A stretch of 64,000 nt of DNA from an uncultured Acidobacteriota bacterium (GTDB lineage Bacteria > Acidobacteriota > Blastocatellia > RBC074): assembly GCA_963796275.1 (NCBI GenBank), contig CAWCKY010000003.1, forward strand, positions 96,001 through 160,000. Reading direction: 5' to 3'. Numbering within the stretch: the stretch's first letter is position 1; each line of letters opens with the position of its first letter. Of the stretch, positions 33,501 through 44,357 are shown piece by piece. A program made the translations under genes and the position numbers. The notes beneath the pieces are model-generated. The model saw nothing but the letters and a program-made list of their open reading frames with translations. It was not told the origin of the DNA and searched no databases.

Positions 33501-35714
33501 TGCGGTGGGAGACCGTTGACCCGGAACAACCCGGGCCTGCCGGCTGAATCGAAGGCTCTGTAGCCGCGGGCCGGAAATCCGAATCTGGTGGGCGCCGGCA
33601 CAGTCGACCCGGTGCTCGCCGCATCGGGCAAACAATTGGGTTGGTTGCCGCAATGAAACCTCATAGCGGTCTTCTCTTCCGGCGTTCCCCCTTCAGGCAA
33701 TAAATTGAGGTCCGCCTTCACTAGCTTCCGCGCAAAATCGAGCAGCTCGTCGTCTCCGTTCTGCGACCTCACATTGGCGGCGTTGGTGGCGCTGACGCAT
33801 AGTCCCTTTTCGTAAAGGTCTTTGTCACAGTCCCCTCCCGACCTGGGCTGCAGTAATTCATCGTCGATCGCATCTTCGCCATCAATAACCTCGGCGTTTT
33901 TTACAGTGTGACGCGGCAATCCGCCGTTCAGCTCGGCGCCGTTCTCTACCGCGATATCGAGCGGCGGCTGTGGTGGGCGATGGCCGGCTTCGGCTGGAAT
34001 GTAGAAGGGGAAGCCGCGAAATTCTAGTTTCGGCATAGGCGGCATCGGTCTGCCTGGTATCGGGACCACCGCGGGGTTCGATGTGCCGCCGGGTATCTCG
34101 CCGTCCGGCAGGTTCCGCCCCTTCGGGTTTTCCGGGGAAAACAGGCCCGGCGTGCCGTCCTCGAATACGTCGTGGTTGCGCCACAACTCCCACATCCCCT
34201 GCGCGAAATGGGGATAGAGATGACAATGGAAGATCGCATCGCCGGGCGAGAGATTGCGATTCCCCGACCCGCCGTAATGGATGTCGTAGATGAACGAAGC
34301 GCCCGGTGAAATTGTTTGCGAATCGAGGTAGATCGAATTGTCGTCCTTCGTATCCAATACCCATTGATGTCCGTGCAGATGGAAGACGTGCGTCTCCTTC
34401 GGGCCGGCGTGCAGATTGATGAAGCGTGTTGGATCGCCGATATAGGAGTGATGCACATTTGACGGATCGTCCGGATATTTGTTCGAGACCGCTTTGCCCT
34501 GATCATTCTTGTTTACGATCAGTGCCGGATCGCCATTGGCCCAGGAAGTGAGGAAGAACTCTTCAAATTTACATTCTTTGCATTTGGCCGTAGGCCCGAC
34601 CTTAGCCCGATTGGCCAGCAGGATTGCGCCCATACCCGAACTGCCGTAATTAATTCCCATCGCATCTTTGACGGCGCTCTCCTCAAGCTCGCCGAAGGCC
34701 TGAACCGCCCTGATCTCATCATGGAAGATGACCGTGAATTCACGATATGGTTCGCCGGCATGTCGTACCCGGCCCGACTGGCCCGCAATTCGCCTGTTTG
34801 GGGTCGGGAACGACGATGGCGTTCAGGTCGCTGTGCACCAGCTGGTTTCCCTTGAGCAGATTAAGGATCGGCTTGCCGTCCGAATCAACAGCCTCATAAT
34901 TGATGATCGGTGTGCCATCGGGATTGGTCCTAATCGTCACGCGTTTCAGCTGCTCATTGGTGATCTGCGAGCGATACCATTTCGAACCGCGCGGTTGGAC
35001 ATTCACAGATCCGAACAACCCCAGTCCGACTTGCCCGCCATCTCCCTCGCCGCCCGAAACCGCTCCCATGGAATGGAATAGATATCCTCCCGTCTTTCGC
35101 GCATACCAGGTATAGGTGATGGTCTCGCCCGGCTCAGCCAGCGACGATGGATTGAGACCGACATTGGAACCGTCGGATTGAATATTATCGGCATACTCCA
35201 TCCCATTCACATGGAGTGAAGCGGCGCGTGTGGCGGGATGCTCTTTTCCTATGACCAACTCTGACCCATCGATCGGATCTTGAACGACGACGGTCTCGTT
35301 TGGAGGAAGTGGCGACAACAGGTTTGTAAACTTGACGCGGAGGCAATCGCCCTCATTGACGCGTAGCACCAGTGGCCGGGGACGTTTATCCTGACGAAGC
35401 ATCACTCTCCCCGGTACACCGCCCTCGCCGATCGGCTTGCCGGACAGATCCACCACATCCTGACGCAGAGCAAAAACCAATCCCTCAGGATTGAATGCGC
35501 CAAATCTGTTATATACGTAGACCTGTTCGAGCGCGACGACTTCTGCCGAAATCGTGTTTTCACAGCGCGATCGGGAGGTCACTTGCGCGACGCCCACAGA
35601 ACAAAAAATCACCAAAAAAAACATCAATCCCGTTAACGTGCAGATCGTATGGCCGATCGTATGACAGATTGTTTGGAGAACAGCGACGCTTCGATTTTGG
35701 CTTTTACAAATCAT
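30515..35714 (-). CDS. mnxG: Large MnxG-type multicopper oxidase (~1730 aa), interrupted by a +1 frameshift near 34757
   Basis: Cu motifs HVFHLHGH, HCHLYPHFAQGM (T1), HIHLV, HDHFGPSSHQHHG, plus degenerate cupredoxin domains; deleting one base joins ORFs 34740-35714 and 30515-34660 via CGEPYREFTVIFHDE; N-terminal signal peptide. Confidence 0.75.
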
Positions 35715-35995
35715 ATTTGTTCCCTGTAAGGAATTTAAGGGTCTAGCATTTGAATCTCATGAGGGAGTGGCCAGGAGTTCCGCAAAATTTCGTTTCGCTG
35801 GAAACTAATTGGCATTCATTTGATTAATTGACCAATTATTCAATGACAATTGTCGATCCGCGCACGGCTTCCGGATCGTGAAACTAATATCTAATTTCTT
35901 TAGTGAATAGAGGCACGCTGGATCGCTTATTGCAATCCTTTGAGAGCAGTCCAAGGGGGGACGTGCTACTAGGATGGTGCGATGGTATCATGTGT

Positions 35996-36013
35996 TATTC
36001 ACATTTGTGAATA
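35996..36013. promoter_or_regulatory. Palindromic operator candidate
   Basis: TATTCACA-TT-TGTGAATA between the divergent MCO operon and the XRE gene. Confidence 0.4.
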
Positions 36014-36073
36014 GTATTAATGAGTATTAATCGTTAGATTGGGGCTTCCAAAAGACCTGGGGCACGAAGGGGT

Positions 36074-36361
36074 ATGCGCATGGGTGTAAGGGCGCGCCGG
36101 ACACAAAAGAAGTTAGCCGGTAAACTCAGGCAAATTCGCCTCCATCTCGGCTTATCTCAGGGTGAATTAATTAAAGAGCTCGAGCTTATGGAATTGCATA
36201 ACAGCAACATTTCGATGTACGAGGCAGGGAAACGTGAACCACCATTGTATGTCCTTATAGCGTATGCGAAGGCTGCAAACGTTTGCCTGGATGTACTCGT
36301 TAATGACAAACATGATCTGCCCAGCAAGATACCATGCAAACGGACTTACTTCCCTCACTAA
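36074..36361 (+). CDS. XRE family helix-turn-helix transcriptional regulator
   Basis: KLRQIRLHLGLSQGEL...NISMYEAGKREP.L.VL..YA. Confidence 0.85.
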   Translation: MRMGVRARRTQKKLAGKLRQIRLHLGLSQGELIKELELMELHNSNISMYEAGKREPPLYVLIAYAKAANVCLDVLVNDKHDLPSKIPCKRTYFPH

Positions 36362-36625
36362 TCGTTCGACGGATGAGGGGTGTGAATATCGCTTGATTGC
36401 ATAAACTTCTGATTTGCATCTAAGGATATTACATCGATGAGCTATTGCAGCAGCCTGCCGATAGATGAGAAGATTTGAGGATAGGATAGCAGATGAAGTG
36501 CGTTGGCATTAAACTCGAAATTTTCAGCGATCTTCAAACTTGCATCATCATCTTAAAATCGCAGTGAGCAGTGATAAGCGGTAGATAGATGGCGTTTGAA
36601 ATCCTTGCGGCTTAATTCCAGTTCA

Positions 36626-36653
36626 TTGACAGAACTCTAGAAACGGCTACCAT
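36626..36653 (+). promoter_or_regulatory. Possible sigma70 promoter of the GT2 gene
   Basis: TTGACA, 16-nt spacer, TACCAT; AT-rich region ~85 nt upstream of the ATG. Confidence 0.4.
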
Positions 36654-36738
36654 GCTAATTTAATTAATTGTCCACTAATGTCTTATTGGTTATTGAATAT
36701 ATTTATATAGGACTTATCGAATTTACCTGAATTTACCT

Positions 36739-38346
36739 ATGGATATCACCCTGATTTTGCAACAGCTGCCGAATCCAGATCATATGAAGACAGCGATCGA
36801 GCCGATATTGTGGTACAGCCGCAACAATCTCAGTTATCTATACGCGCTCGACGCATTCGATTGGGCGATCATCATTCTATACTTTACCATTTTAACACTG
36901 CTCGCAATCCTGGGAATATATAGGTTGCGAATGGTCTATCAGTTCTGGCGTTACCGCAAAATAAAGCCTCAACCCAAAAGATGCTTCGCGGAGGAGGAGC
37001 TGCCTCCGATCACGATACAACTCCCCCTTTACAATGAACTTTACGTAGTCGAAAGACTACTCGAATCGGTGAGCCAGCTCGATTACCCGCGCCATCTAGT
37101 TGAAATTCAAGTGCTGGATGATTCGACTGACGAGACTGTCAAGATCGCTTCGGCCGCCGTCGAGATGTATAGAAAGCAGGGATTTGATATTCATTACATT
37201 CACCGGCAAGAGAGGATCGGATACAAAGCCGGTGCGCTTGAAAACGGGCTACACAGGGCGAAGGGCCAATTGATCGCGATCTTCGACGCAGATTTCACCC
37301 CGAGACCCGCGTGCTTGCGCAAGATGGTTGACTATTTCACCGAATCGCAGATAGGCATGGTGCAAATGCGTTGGGGACACATCAACGCGAACTATTCGCT
37401 ACTAACCCGCATCCAGGAAATTCTGCTCGACGGGCATTTCGTTATCGAACAAGCTTCGCGTAACCGCACCGGCGCATTCTTCAATTTCAACGGGACTGCC
37501 GGAATGTGGAGGCGCGAAGCGATTGAGTGGAGCGGCGGTTGGCAGCACGATACTCTCACTGAAGATACCGACCTGAGCTTCCGGGCTCAGTTGATGGGAT
37601 GGAAGTTCGTTTACCTTCTCGATGAGGACGTCCCCGCCGAATTACCGGTTGAGATGAATGCGTTCAAGGCTCAACAACGGCGATGGGCCAAGGGATTGGT
37701 CCAGGTCGGTCTGAAATTGATGCCACGTATCTGGAAGCATCCCAAGCTAACTCTAGCGCAGAAATGTGAATTGTTTTTCCGCCTCTTCGGCAATTGCGCG
37801 GCCATCCTGATGATTATTCTTAGCCTGCTCCACATTCCGGTCCTCATCGTTCGTTTCAACCAGGGGCTGTTCCATATGCTCCTACTCGATCTGCCGCTTA
37901 TGTTGTTCGCAACGCTCTCGGTTGTGGGTTTCTATGGAACGACCATCTACTATCGCTACCCACACGAGAAACGCCGGATGTGGCTCATTCCGCTCGCGAT
38001 GGCTGTAGGAATCGGTCTGGTACTTTCCAATACGCGCGCCGTACTCGAAGCTCTCTTAGGGATAAAATCCAGTTTCATCCGCACGCCGAAATATAAGGTT
38101 GAGAGCAACATGGACAACTGGCTCCAGGCTGCGATCAGGTATCGCCGCAAGAAAGGCTGGCTGCCACTGATAGAGTTCTCCTTCGCCCTCTATTTCGTCT
38201 TCGCGGTCTATTACGCGATTCGCAGCCATATCTATGCGACAATTCCATTCCTGCTGATCTTCCTCGTGGGTTATGGATACATGGCTATGATGTCTTTATT
38301 TCAAGGTGGCGCCCGAAGACTGATGAACGCGTTTAGGCGAGGATAG
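36739..38346 (+). CDS. Processive GT2 glycosyltransferase (cellulose-synthase-like/CslA-like)
   Basis: QLPLYNE, VLDDSTD, GYKAGAL, FDADF, TEDTDL, QQRRW (D,D,D,QxxRW); TM helices. Confidence 0.9.
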   Translation: MDITLILQQLPNPDHMKTAIEPILWYSRNNLSYLYALDAFDWAIIILYFTILTLLAILGIYRLRMVYQFWRYRKIKPQPKRCFAEEELPPITIQLPLYNELYVVERLLESVSQLDYPRHLVEIQVLDDSTDETVKIASAAVEMYRKQGFDIHYIHRQERIGYKAGALENGLHRAKGQLIAIFDADFTPRPACLRKMVDYFTESQIGMVQMRWGHINANYSLLTRIQEILLDGHFVIEQASRNRTGAFFNFNGTAGMWRREAIEWSGGWQHDTLTEDTDLSFRAQLMGWKFVYLLDEDVPAELPVEMNAFKAQQRRWAKGLVQVGLKLMPRIWKHPKLTLAQKCELFFRLFGNCAAILMIILSLLHIPVLIVRFNQGLFHMLLLDLPLMLFATLSVVGFYGTTIYYRYPHEKRRMWLIPLAMAVGIGLVLSNTRAVLEALLGIKSSFIRTPKYKVESNMDNWLQAAIRYRRKKGWLPLIEFSFALYFVFAVYYAIRSHIYATIPFLLIFLVGYGYMAMMSLFQGGARRLMNAFRRG

Positions 38347-38382
38347 GGCAAGCAAAGCAATTATGGGTGTTTTTCAACTGCG

Positions 38383-38391
38383 TGCTATACT
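38383..38391 (+). promoter_or_regulatory. Extended -10 promoter candidate for the zinc-ribbon gene run
   Basis: TGcTATACT about 110 nt upstream of ATG 38500. Confidence 0.4.
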
Positions 38392-38499
38392 CATAACCGT
38401 AGATGGACCGCATTTACAGGATTGAATCCGCCCGGCCGGCGAGATCCAGAAAATCCTGAGAAAGCCCCATTATTCGTCTCTTTTTTGAGGAACCATACG

Positions 38500-39066
38500 A
38501 TGTTCTGCCCGAAATGTGGATCGAATCAGGGTGAAGGGAGAAAGTTCTGTACCTCCTGCGGAACTAACCTGCTGATCGTTTCGCAAGCACTTACCGGCAA
38601 AATTCCTCAATCAAATCCCCTGCCTCCGACACCGCACACTTTCGAACGCGACCGGCAACGTGAGTTTACTAAAGGCCTATATTTCGCAATCATCGGCGGC
38701 GGAATATTGGCCGGAAAATTTATAAGCTTCATCTTCAGCGGGTTTCGCGGATCACCGTTCGGGTTCTGGGGCTTAATCACTTTCGTTATACTTGCGATAG
38801 GTATATCCCGGATTATCAGCTACCGACCGCATGGCAACATTACGGCAGAGGTGCTGCCCCGTCCGCCTCACGCCAATTCTGAATCACAACAATTAAACGT
38901 TCAGACGACCCCGCCACACCCCGTCTTTTCTGCATCATTCGCCGATGACTATGTCGCACCCCGTACCAGTGAGCTTGAACCAGTCGAACACCCGAAGCCT
39001 AGTATCACGGAGGCCGAGACTCAAAATCTCCCGCACCATTCTCCGCCCCCAGAATTTCAAAGGTAA
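38500..39066 (+). CDS. Zinc-ribbon membrane protein 1
   Basis: MFCPKCG...FCTSCG, two TM helices, Pro-rich tail; GAGGA RBS before ATG 38500. Confidence 0.8.
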   Translation: MFCPKCGSNQGEGRKFCTSCGTNLLIVSQALTGKIPQSNPLPPTPHTFERDRQREFTKGLYFAIIGGGILAGKFISFIFSGFRGSPFGFWGLITFVILAIGISRIISYRPHGNITAEVLPRPPHANSESQQLNVQTTPPHPVFSASFADDYVAPRTSELEPVEHPKPSITEAETQNLPHHSPPPEFQR

Positions 39067-39089
39067 TTGTCGAAGAGGAGATGTGAGCT

Positions 39090-39701
39090 ATGTATTGTCC
39101 TTCGTGTGGCGTAGAAACGAGCGATCAGACAAAATATTGTACGAAGTGCGGAATCAACTTGAGGAATGTCAAGGAAGCGATGATCGGTGACCAGCAGAAC
39201 AAACATCAGCTCAGAGACACCGAATCGCATGCATCTCCTTCGGATCCATGGCAGTCGTGGTGGGAAATGGTCGCAAAGGAAAAGAAAAAATCGCCTGAAG
39301 AGAAGCGTATCAATGAAATAAAAGAAGGTGTGATTACGAGCTGCGTCGGATTCAGCTTAACAATCTTCCTCTTCTTTCTAATGTCCGCTGTCTCAATCAA
39401 CCTCGACCCCAAGGTAAGCGCCATCTTGCACGCCGTCCCATATGCTGGAATCATCCCTTTTCTTATCGGACTCGGAATTATTTTCAACGGTCTATTCCTG
39501 AGCAAACGGCTCGTCGATCTGAACCGGGAACGGGAGCAGGCCAACAAACAAAATCTGTTTTCTACAGTCACTGAAACTGCGCCCGTCCATCGCTTGCCCG
39601 AGAGTTATCAATCCCCGGTCGCAGACTTCAGTGTGACGGAATCAACAACTACAAAGCTGCGTGAACCCGCCCCGGTTTCAGCCAGAAGCGATACAGACTG
39701 A
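39090..39701 (+). CDS. Zinc-ribbon membrane protein 2
   Basis: MYCPSCG...YCTKCG, two TM helices; GAGGAG RBS. Confidence 0.8.
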   Translation: MYCPSCGVETSDQTKYCTKCGINLRNVKEAMIGDQQNKHQLRDTESHASPSDPWQSWWEMVAKEKKKSPEEKRINEIKEGVITSCVGFSLTIFLFFLMSAVSINLDPKVSAILHAVPYAGIIPFLIGLGIIFNGLFLSKRLVDLNREREQANKQNLFSTVTETAPVHRLPESYQSPVADFSVTESTTTKLREPAPVSARSDTD

Positions 39702-39712
39702 GGGGACCTTCA

Positions 39713-40195
39713 ATGTACTGTACTCAATGCGGCACCGCTAACTCCGATGGACTTAAGTTTTGCACAAATTGCGGCACGCCGATGAATAAACGCGGGGATA
39801 CACCCCAAAGCCGGCCTTCGTCCGGTTCACCTTTGTCCGGCTCAGTGCAGACGCCCACTCCTGCATATACTGGCGGATCGTCCTATGCCGGATATCCCTT
39901 AAGCCCGGCCTTTCCAATACAATCCAAAGAGTCCGGCGCCAGTGCCAGTGGGCGCGCGATTATCTCGATGGTATTGAGTATTATTTCGCCGTTCACGTGT
40001 TGGTTGTTCCTGAGCATTCCGGGTTTAATCCTAGGTAAAATGGAGATGAATGCGATACGCGACGGATTGGCGCCAAAGGCCGGCGAAACATTTGCCAAGA
40101 TCGGCTTTTATGTCGGCCTCGCCGTTACCGTACTCTCACTGATCATACCTGCGATCTGGTTATTTCTGTTGGCAATCGGATCTTTCGTCATATAA
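39713..40195 (+). CDS. Zinc-ribbon plus DUF4190-like membrane protein
   Basis: MYCTQCG...FCTNCG; AIISMVLSI...GLILG...G...A..G pattern. Confidence 0.75.
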   Translation: MYCTQCGTANSDGLKFCTNCGTPMNKRGDTPQSRPSSGSPLSGSVQTPTPAYTGGSSYAGYPLSPAFPIQSKESGASASGRAIISMVLSIISPFTCWLFLSIPGLILGKMEMNAIRDGLAPKAGETFAKIGFYVGLAVTVLSLIIPAIWLFLLAIGSFVI

Positions 40196-40199
40196 CTTC

Positions 40200-40639
40200 A
40201 TGCCCGGGTTTCAACGAAAATATGCGCGGCAGGGGCAACTTGGATATTTGATATTTGTTCTCATCTCCATCTCGTCGTTAGTGACAGCTCGTCTCCTGAA
40301 ACCTTCATCACGGGGGGTAGGGACGCACGAACAACTGGGCCTGCCCCATGCCCTTTCCTTTACCTTACCGGTATTCCATGTCCAAGTTGCGGCCTGACCA
40401 CAAGCTTTGCGTATGCGGCCAGACTCGAGTTTGTCTCATCATTTATCACGCAGCCGTTCGGATTCATCGTATTCCTACTGACAATTTGTGCCATACCGTT
40501 CGCCATATATCTCAGCCGCCGTCGAATCTCCCTGTCTGAACTTATGCAAACCCGCATCGTCGAAAGATTGATCTATGTCACGGTCGCGTTCTACATCCTG
40601 AGCTGGTTCTATAAAATCATCGTCTGGAGATATCTGTAA
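40200..40639 (+). CDS. DUF2752-like membrane protein (frameshifted at the C run near 40345)
   Basis: Adding one C gives [30 protein letters not shown]...; its stop overlaps the next ATG (TAATG). Confidence 0.75.
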
Positions 40640-42327
40640 TGAAGCCCGCATTCGCCTTGCTCTGCCTGCTTTACTTCAATACATCAATCGCTACTAACAT
40701 GAAAGACACAGATCAACTCAAATCACGCCCCGAATCGACAAATTACCAAGAGACGAGCCGGTACGAGGATGTCATGCGTTTCGTCTATGAACTTCAAAAA
40801 CGCTCGGACAAACTGCGGGTCGAGTATTTCGGCAAAACTGAGGAGGGGCGCGATCTTCCGCTTTTGATCTTGGCTGACCCCCCCATCGCGCAGCCCCGCG
40901 AGGCGCTCGCCTCCGGCAAACCAATTATTTTCATCATGGCCAATATTCATGCGGGTGAAGTCGAAGGCAAAGAGGCTATGTTGAACATCTCTCGTCGCAT
41001 CGCAACAGGGGATATGCGGACACTACTCAACCAAATCGTGGTACTGATCGCCCCAATTTACAATGCAGACGGCAATGAAAAGATCAGCATGAATAATCGT
41101 ACTGCGCAGAACGGACCGATCAGCGGAGTCGGCACACGTGAGAACGCGAGAGGGCTGGACCTGAATCGCGACTACATGAAACTGGAATCTGCCGAAGCCA
41201 ACGCTTTGGTTCGCCTCTACAATCGATGGGATCCGCATTTGACTGTTGACCTTCATACGAGCAACGGCTCGTATCACGGATACCATCTGACTTTTTCACC
41301 GACGCTCAATCCGAATGCCGATCCCCGTCTCATCACATTCGAACGCAATAAAATGCTCCCTGCAATCGCGAAATCTATGCTCAAGGCTCATAAGTTCCGC
41401 TCTTATTATTACGGCAACTTCGCGACCAGGGAGCAAATGAACCGCGAGATCGATACATTTGAGATGGAGCGGTCGGGCAACCAGGCGCGACCCGCCGAAA
41501 ATCAGACGAAGGTATGGCGCACATTCGACCATCGCCCGCGGTTCGGTAACAACTATTACGGCCTCCGGAATCGCCTCACTATCCTCTCCGAGGCCTACAG
41601 CTATCTCGATTTTAAAGGCCGCGTCGATGTGACCGCGGCGTTCGTCGAAGAGATCCTTAAATACTGCTCCGCCCACTCCCAGGAGATCGTCTCGCTCATC
41701 AAACGAATCGACGATGATGCGCTTCGCGGAAACGTCACTCAAAACGGCCTCGAATTCGAGCTCGCGGCGCTCGATAAACCCAGCGAGATATTGGTCGGGG
41801 AGGTAGAAAAGAAAAAGAACCCGCTCTCAGGCAAATTGATGACTGCAATGATCACCGATAGTTTCACGCCGACTCCAATGCTCGACTATGGTCTCTTCGC
41901 TGCCACCCGCAGCGTCACGATCCCTCGCGCCTATATTTTCCGCAATGAAGACGGTACGATGAACGTTATGGCTAAGCTCATCGCGCATGGAATTGCAGTA
42001 GAAGAGCTGACTGAGAGTTTCTCCACCCAGGTAGAAAGCCTACTAATCACGGAAGCGAAAAAATCTGCCCGCGCTTTTCAAGGCCATTCGGAGATCAAAC
42101 TCAAAGTCCGCCCGCAGCTCGAGACGGTCACATTTCCTGCTGGCTCTATCGTTGTAAGAACATCTCAACCTTTCGCGAGGCTGATCTTCTACCTCCTTGA
42201 AGCGGAAAGCGATGACGGATTCGTTAATTGGAATTTTCTCGACGCTTATCTGGAAAAAGGAAAAACCTACCCGATCTACAGGTCACTCAAGGAATTGAAT
42301 GCGATGAGCAGGTTAAAGGTTTTATAA
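40639..42327 (+). CDS. Secreted M14 family zinc carboxypeptidase
   Basis: [10 protein letters not shown] (HxxE), DLNRD, DLHT; N-terminal signal peptide. Confidence 0.88.
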   Translation: MKPAFALLCLLYFNTSIATNMKDTDQLKSRPESTNYQETSRYEDVMRFVYELQKRSDKLRVEYFGKTEEGRDLPLLILADPPIAQPREALASGKPIIFIMANIHAGEVEGKEAMLNISRRIATGDMRTLLNQIVVLIAPIYNADGNEKISMNNRTAQNGPISGVGTRENARGLDLNRDYMKLESAEANALVRLYNRWDPHLTVDLHTSNGSYHGYHLTFSPTLNPNADPRLITFERNKMLPAIAKSMLKAHKFRSYYYGNFATREQMNREIDTFEMERSGNQARPAENQTKVWRTFDHRPRFGNNYYGLRNRLTILSEAYSYLDFKGRVDVTAAFVEEILKYCSAHSQEIVSLIKRIDDDALRGNVTQNGLEFELAALDKPSEILVGEVEKKKNPLSGKLMTAMITDSFTPTPMLDYGLFAATRSVTIPRAYIFRNEDGTMNVMAKLIAHGIAVEELTESFSTQVESLLITEAKKSARAFQGHSEIKLKVRPQLETVTFPAGSIVVRTSQPFARLIFYLLEAESDDGFVNWNFLDAYLEKGKTYPIYRSLKELNAMSRLKVL

Positions 42328-42333
42328 TAAAGT

Positions 42334-43674
42334 ATGCCGAAGAGATTGCTCATCAAAGATGCCCGTATCATCACGCTCGATCAGAGCAACCGCATCCTCG
42401 ATGGTAGCGTCGCGATTATGGATGGTCTGATTACGGCTATCGAACCCATGATGACGGATCGTGAGGTTGCATCATTCGATGAAGTGATCGATGCGCGCGA
42501 CCGTGTAATTCTTCCTGGTTTCGTCCAAACGCATATTCACCTTTGCCAGACACTCTTCCGCGGGTCGGCCGATGATATGGCCCTGATCGATTGGTTGAAA
42601 CAACGAGTATGGCCGATGGAGGCGGCGCATACCTTCGCGTCGCTTTATGCATCCGCTCGATTGGGTATAGCGGAATTGATTAAAGGCGGAACGACCTGCG
42701 CATTGACAATGGAGACGGTCAATCACACTGAAGCAGTTTTCCATGCCATCGAAGAATCGGGGTTTCGCGCCACCGCGGGCAAATGCATGATGGATCAGGG
42801 CGATGGGGTCCCCGAGGCGTTGCTGGAGAACTGCGATGACTCGATCGCCGAATCGATTGAGCTGATCAAGTTTTGGCATGGCAGGTCCGATGGGCGCATA
42901 CGCTATTGTCTGGCGCCGAGATTTGCGGTGAGCTGTTCGCGCCAGCTACTCGAAAGAGTCGCCGAAATTTCACGCGAACATGGCGTCCTGATCCATACTC
43001 ACGCTTCGGAGAATCGAGACGAGATCGAGTTAGTACAAAAGTTAACCGGAAAACGCAATATAGAATATCTGCGCGATTCCGGTCTTACCGCACCACACGT
43101 CGTGCTCGCACATTGCATCTGGTTGGATCAATCTGAATTGGAGATACTGCGAAGCACGGGTACGCATGTCGCACACTGTCCATCATCTAACCTAAAGCTC
43201 GCATCAGGATTCGCGCGCGTCGTTGAAATGCTCGAGCATGGCATTTCCGTTTCGCTCGGAGCAGACGGCGCAGCATGTAATAACCGGCTCGACATGTTTA
43301 CCGAGATGCGGACAGCCGCTCTCATACAAAAAGCATTGCGCGGGTCGCAAGTGCTGACAGCCCTTACAGCCTTACGAATGGCGACCATCCGCGGCGCCCG
43401 CGCATTGGGATTGTCTGATGAGATAGGCAGCATTGAGATCGGTAAACGAGCGGATATTCAGATACTAAATCTCAACCGGATCCACACAACCCCACATCCC
43501 GATCTGATTTCCACAATTGTTTATGCGGCGGAAACGACTGATGTAGAAACAGTGCTTATAGATGGACGGGTTATTATGCGCGAAAGGGAATTGCTGACTC
43601 TCAATGAAGAGGAAGTGATCTCACAAGCAAATCGCCAGGCGCACGAACTATACCTGGCCGCCGCACAATCCTGA
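42334..43674 (+). CDS. Amidohydrolase (5'-deoxyadenosine/MTA-SAH deaminase-like)
   Basis: [38 protein letters not shown]. Confidence 0.85.
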   Translation: MPKRLLIKDARIITLDQSNRILDGSVAIMDGLITAIEPMMTDREVASFDEVIDARDRVILPGFVQTHIHLCQTLFRGSADDMALIDWLKQRVWPMEAAHTFASLYASARLGIAELIKGGTTCALTMETVNHTEAVFHAIEESGFRATAGKCMMDQGDGVPEALLENCDDSIAESIELIKFWHGRSDGRIRYCLAPRFAVSCSRQLLERVAEISREHGVLIHTHASENRDEIELVQKLTGKRNIEYLRDSGLTAPHVVLAHCIWLDQSELEILRSTGTHVAHCPSSNLKLASGFARVVEMLEHGISVSLGADGAACNNRLDMFTEMRTAALIQKALRGSQVLTALTALRMATIRGARALGLSDEIGSIEIGKRADIQILNLNRIHTTPHPDLISTIVYAAETTDVETVLIDGRVIMRERELLTLNEEEVISQANRQAHELYLAAAQS

Positions 43675-43683
43675 CATAGAGAA

Positions 43684-43740
43684 CTGGCCATCTGTTATCT
43701 AAGAGTTGAACTTGATCCCAGATGGCCAGCTCTTTTTTTA
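43684..43740 (+). terminator. Rho-independent terminator
   Basis: CTGGCCATCTG / CAGATGGCCAG 11-bp stem followed by a T run. Confidence 0.7.
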
Positions 43741-43782
43741 TAGCCAAACTATTGCGCGTGCCCCCCACCAGCTGCTCATGGC

Positions 43783-44259
43783 TCACACCGCATCAGCGGT
43801 CTTCAAAGTCGGAGGCTCAGGAATCGACTGCGTCTCCACCTGTCTCTGTTCGGTCTTGGTGACTCGTTTTTCTTGATCCTTACCATTGAGCATGTGGCAT
43901 TTGCCATCAAATACAGCTCCATGCTCAATGATCAGAGCGGGAGTGTAGATGTCGCCGTACACGCGTCCGGTAGAATGTATCTTAACGCTCGTCTTCGCCG
44001 TAATCGTCCCCTCAACAATGCCACTCACCTCGACGGATCCTGATTGAATGGTAGCCTTGATTCGACCCTTTTCCATCACCATCAGACTGCCGCTATCTGA
44101 TGTTATTGTCCCCGAGATACAGGCGTCCACCCTCATGATCTCTGTAAACTTGACTTCACCGTTGATATCGGTTCCTTCTCCCAAAAAACTTCGCAGATCA
44201 GTTGCTGAATCAACGCTCCCGGCCGCAAAGGAAGATCTACTGCTGCTTCCAAACTTCAT
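43783..44259 (-). CDS. Bactofilin (polymer-forming cytoskeletal protein)
   Basis: FLGEGTDINGEV.F...V.G.I....L.IE.GA.FDG.C.M beta-helix pattern. Confidence 0.88.
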   Translation of the reverse strand: MKFGSSSRSSFAAGSVDSATDLRSFLGEGTDINGEVKFTEIMRVDACISGTITSDSGSLMVMEKGRIKATIQSGSVEVSGIVEGTITAKTSVKIHSTGRVYGDIYTPALIIEHGAVFDGKCHMLNGKDQEKRVTKTEQRQVETQSIPEPPTLKTADAV

Positions 44260-44357
44260 AATGGAAAAGCCTCCTAGCTTTATAAAAAATACAGGATCAG
44301 GGGCATTTCTATGATTGAAAAGATGTGTGGAACCACTGATAACTTTCGGTGGAGGGC

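Noticed and set aside
35911-35926. sigma54-like GGCACG...GC element
   Set aside because: GG-to-GC spacing is off by one and it is on the wrong strand for the MCO operon
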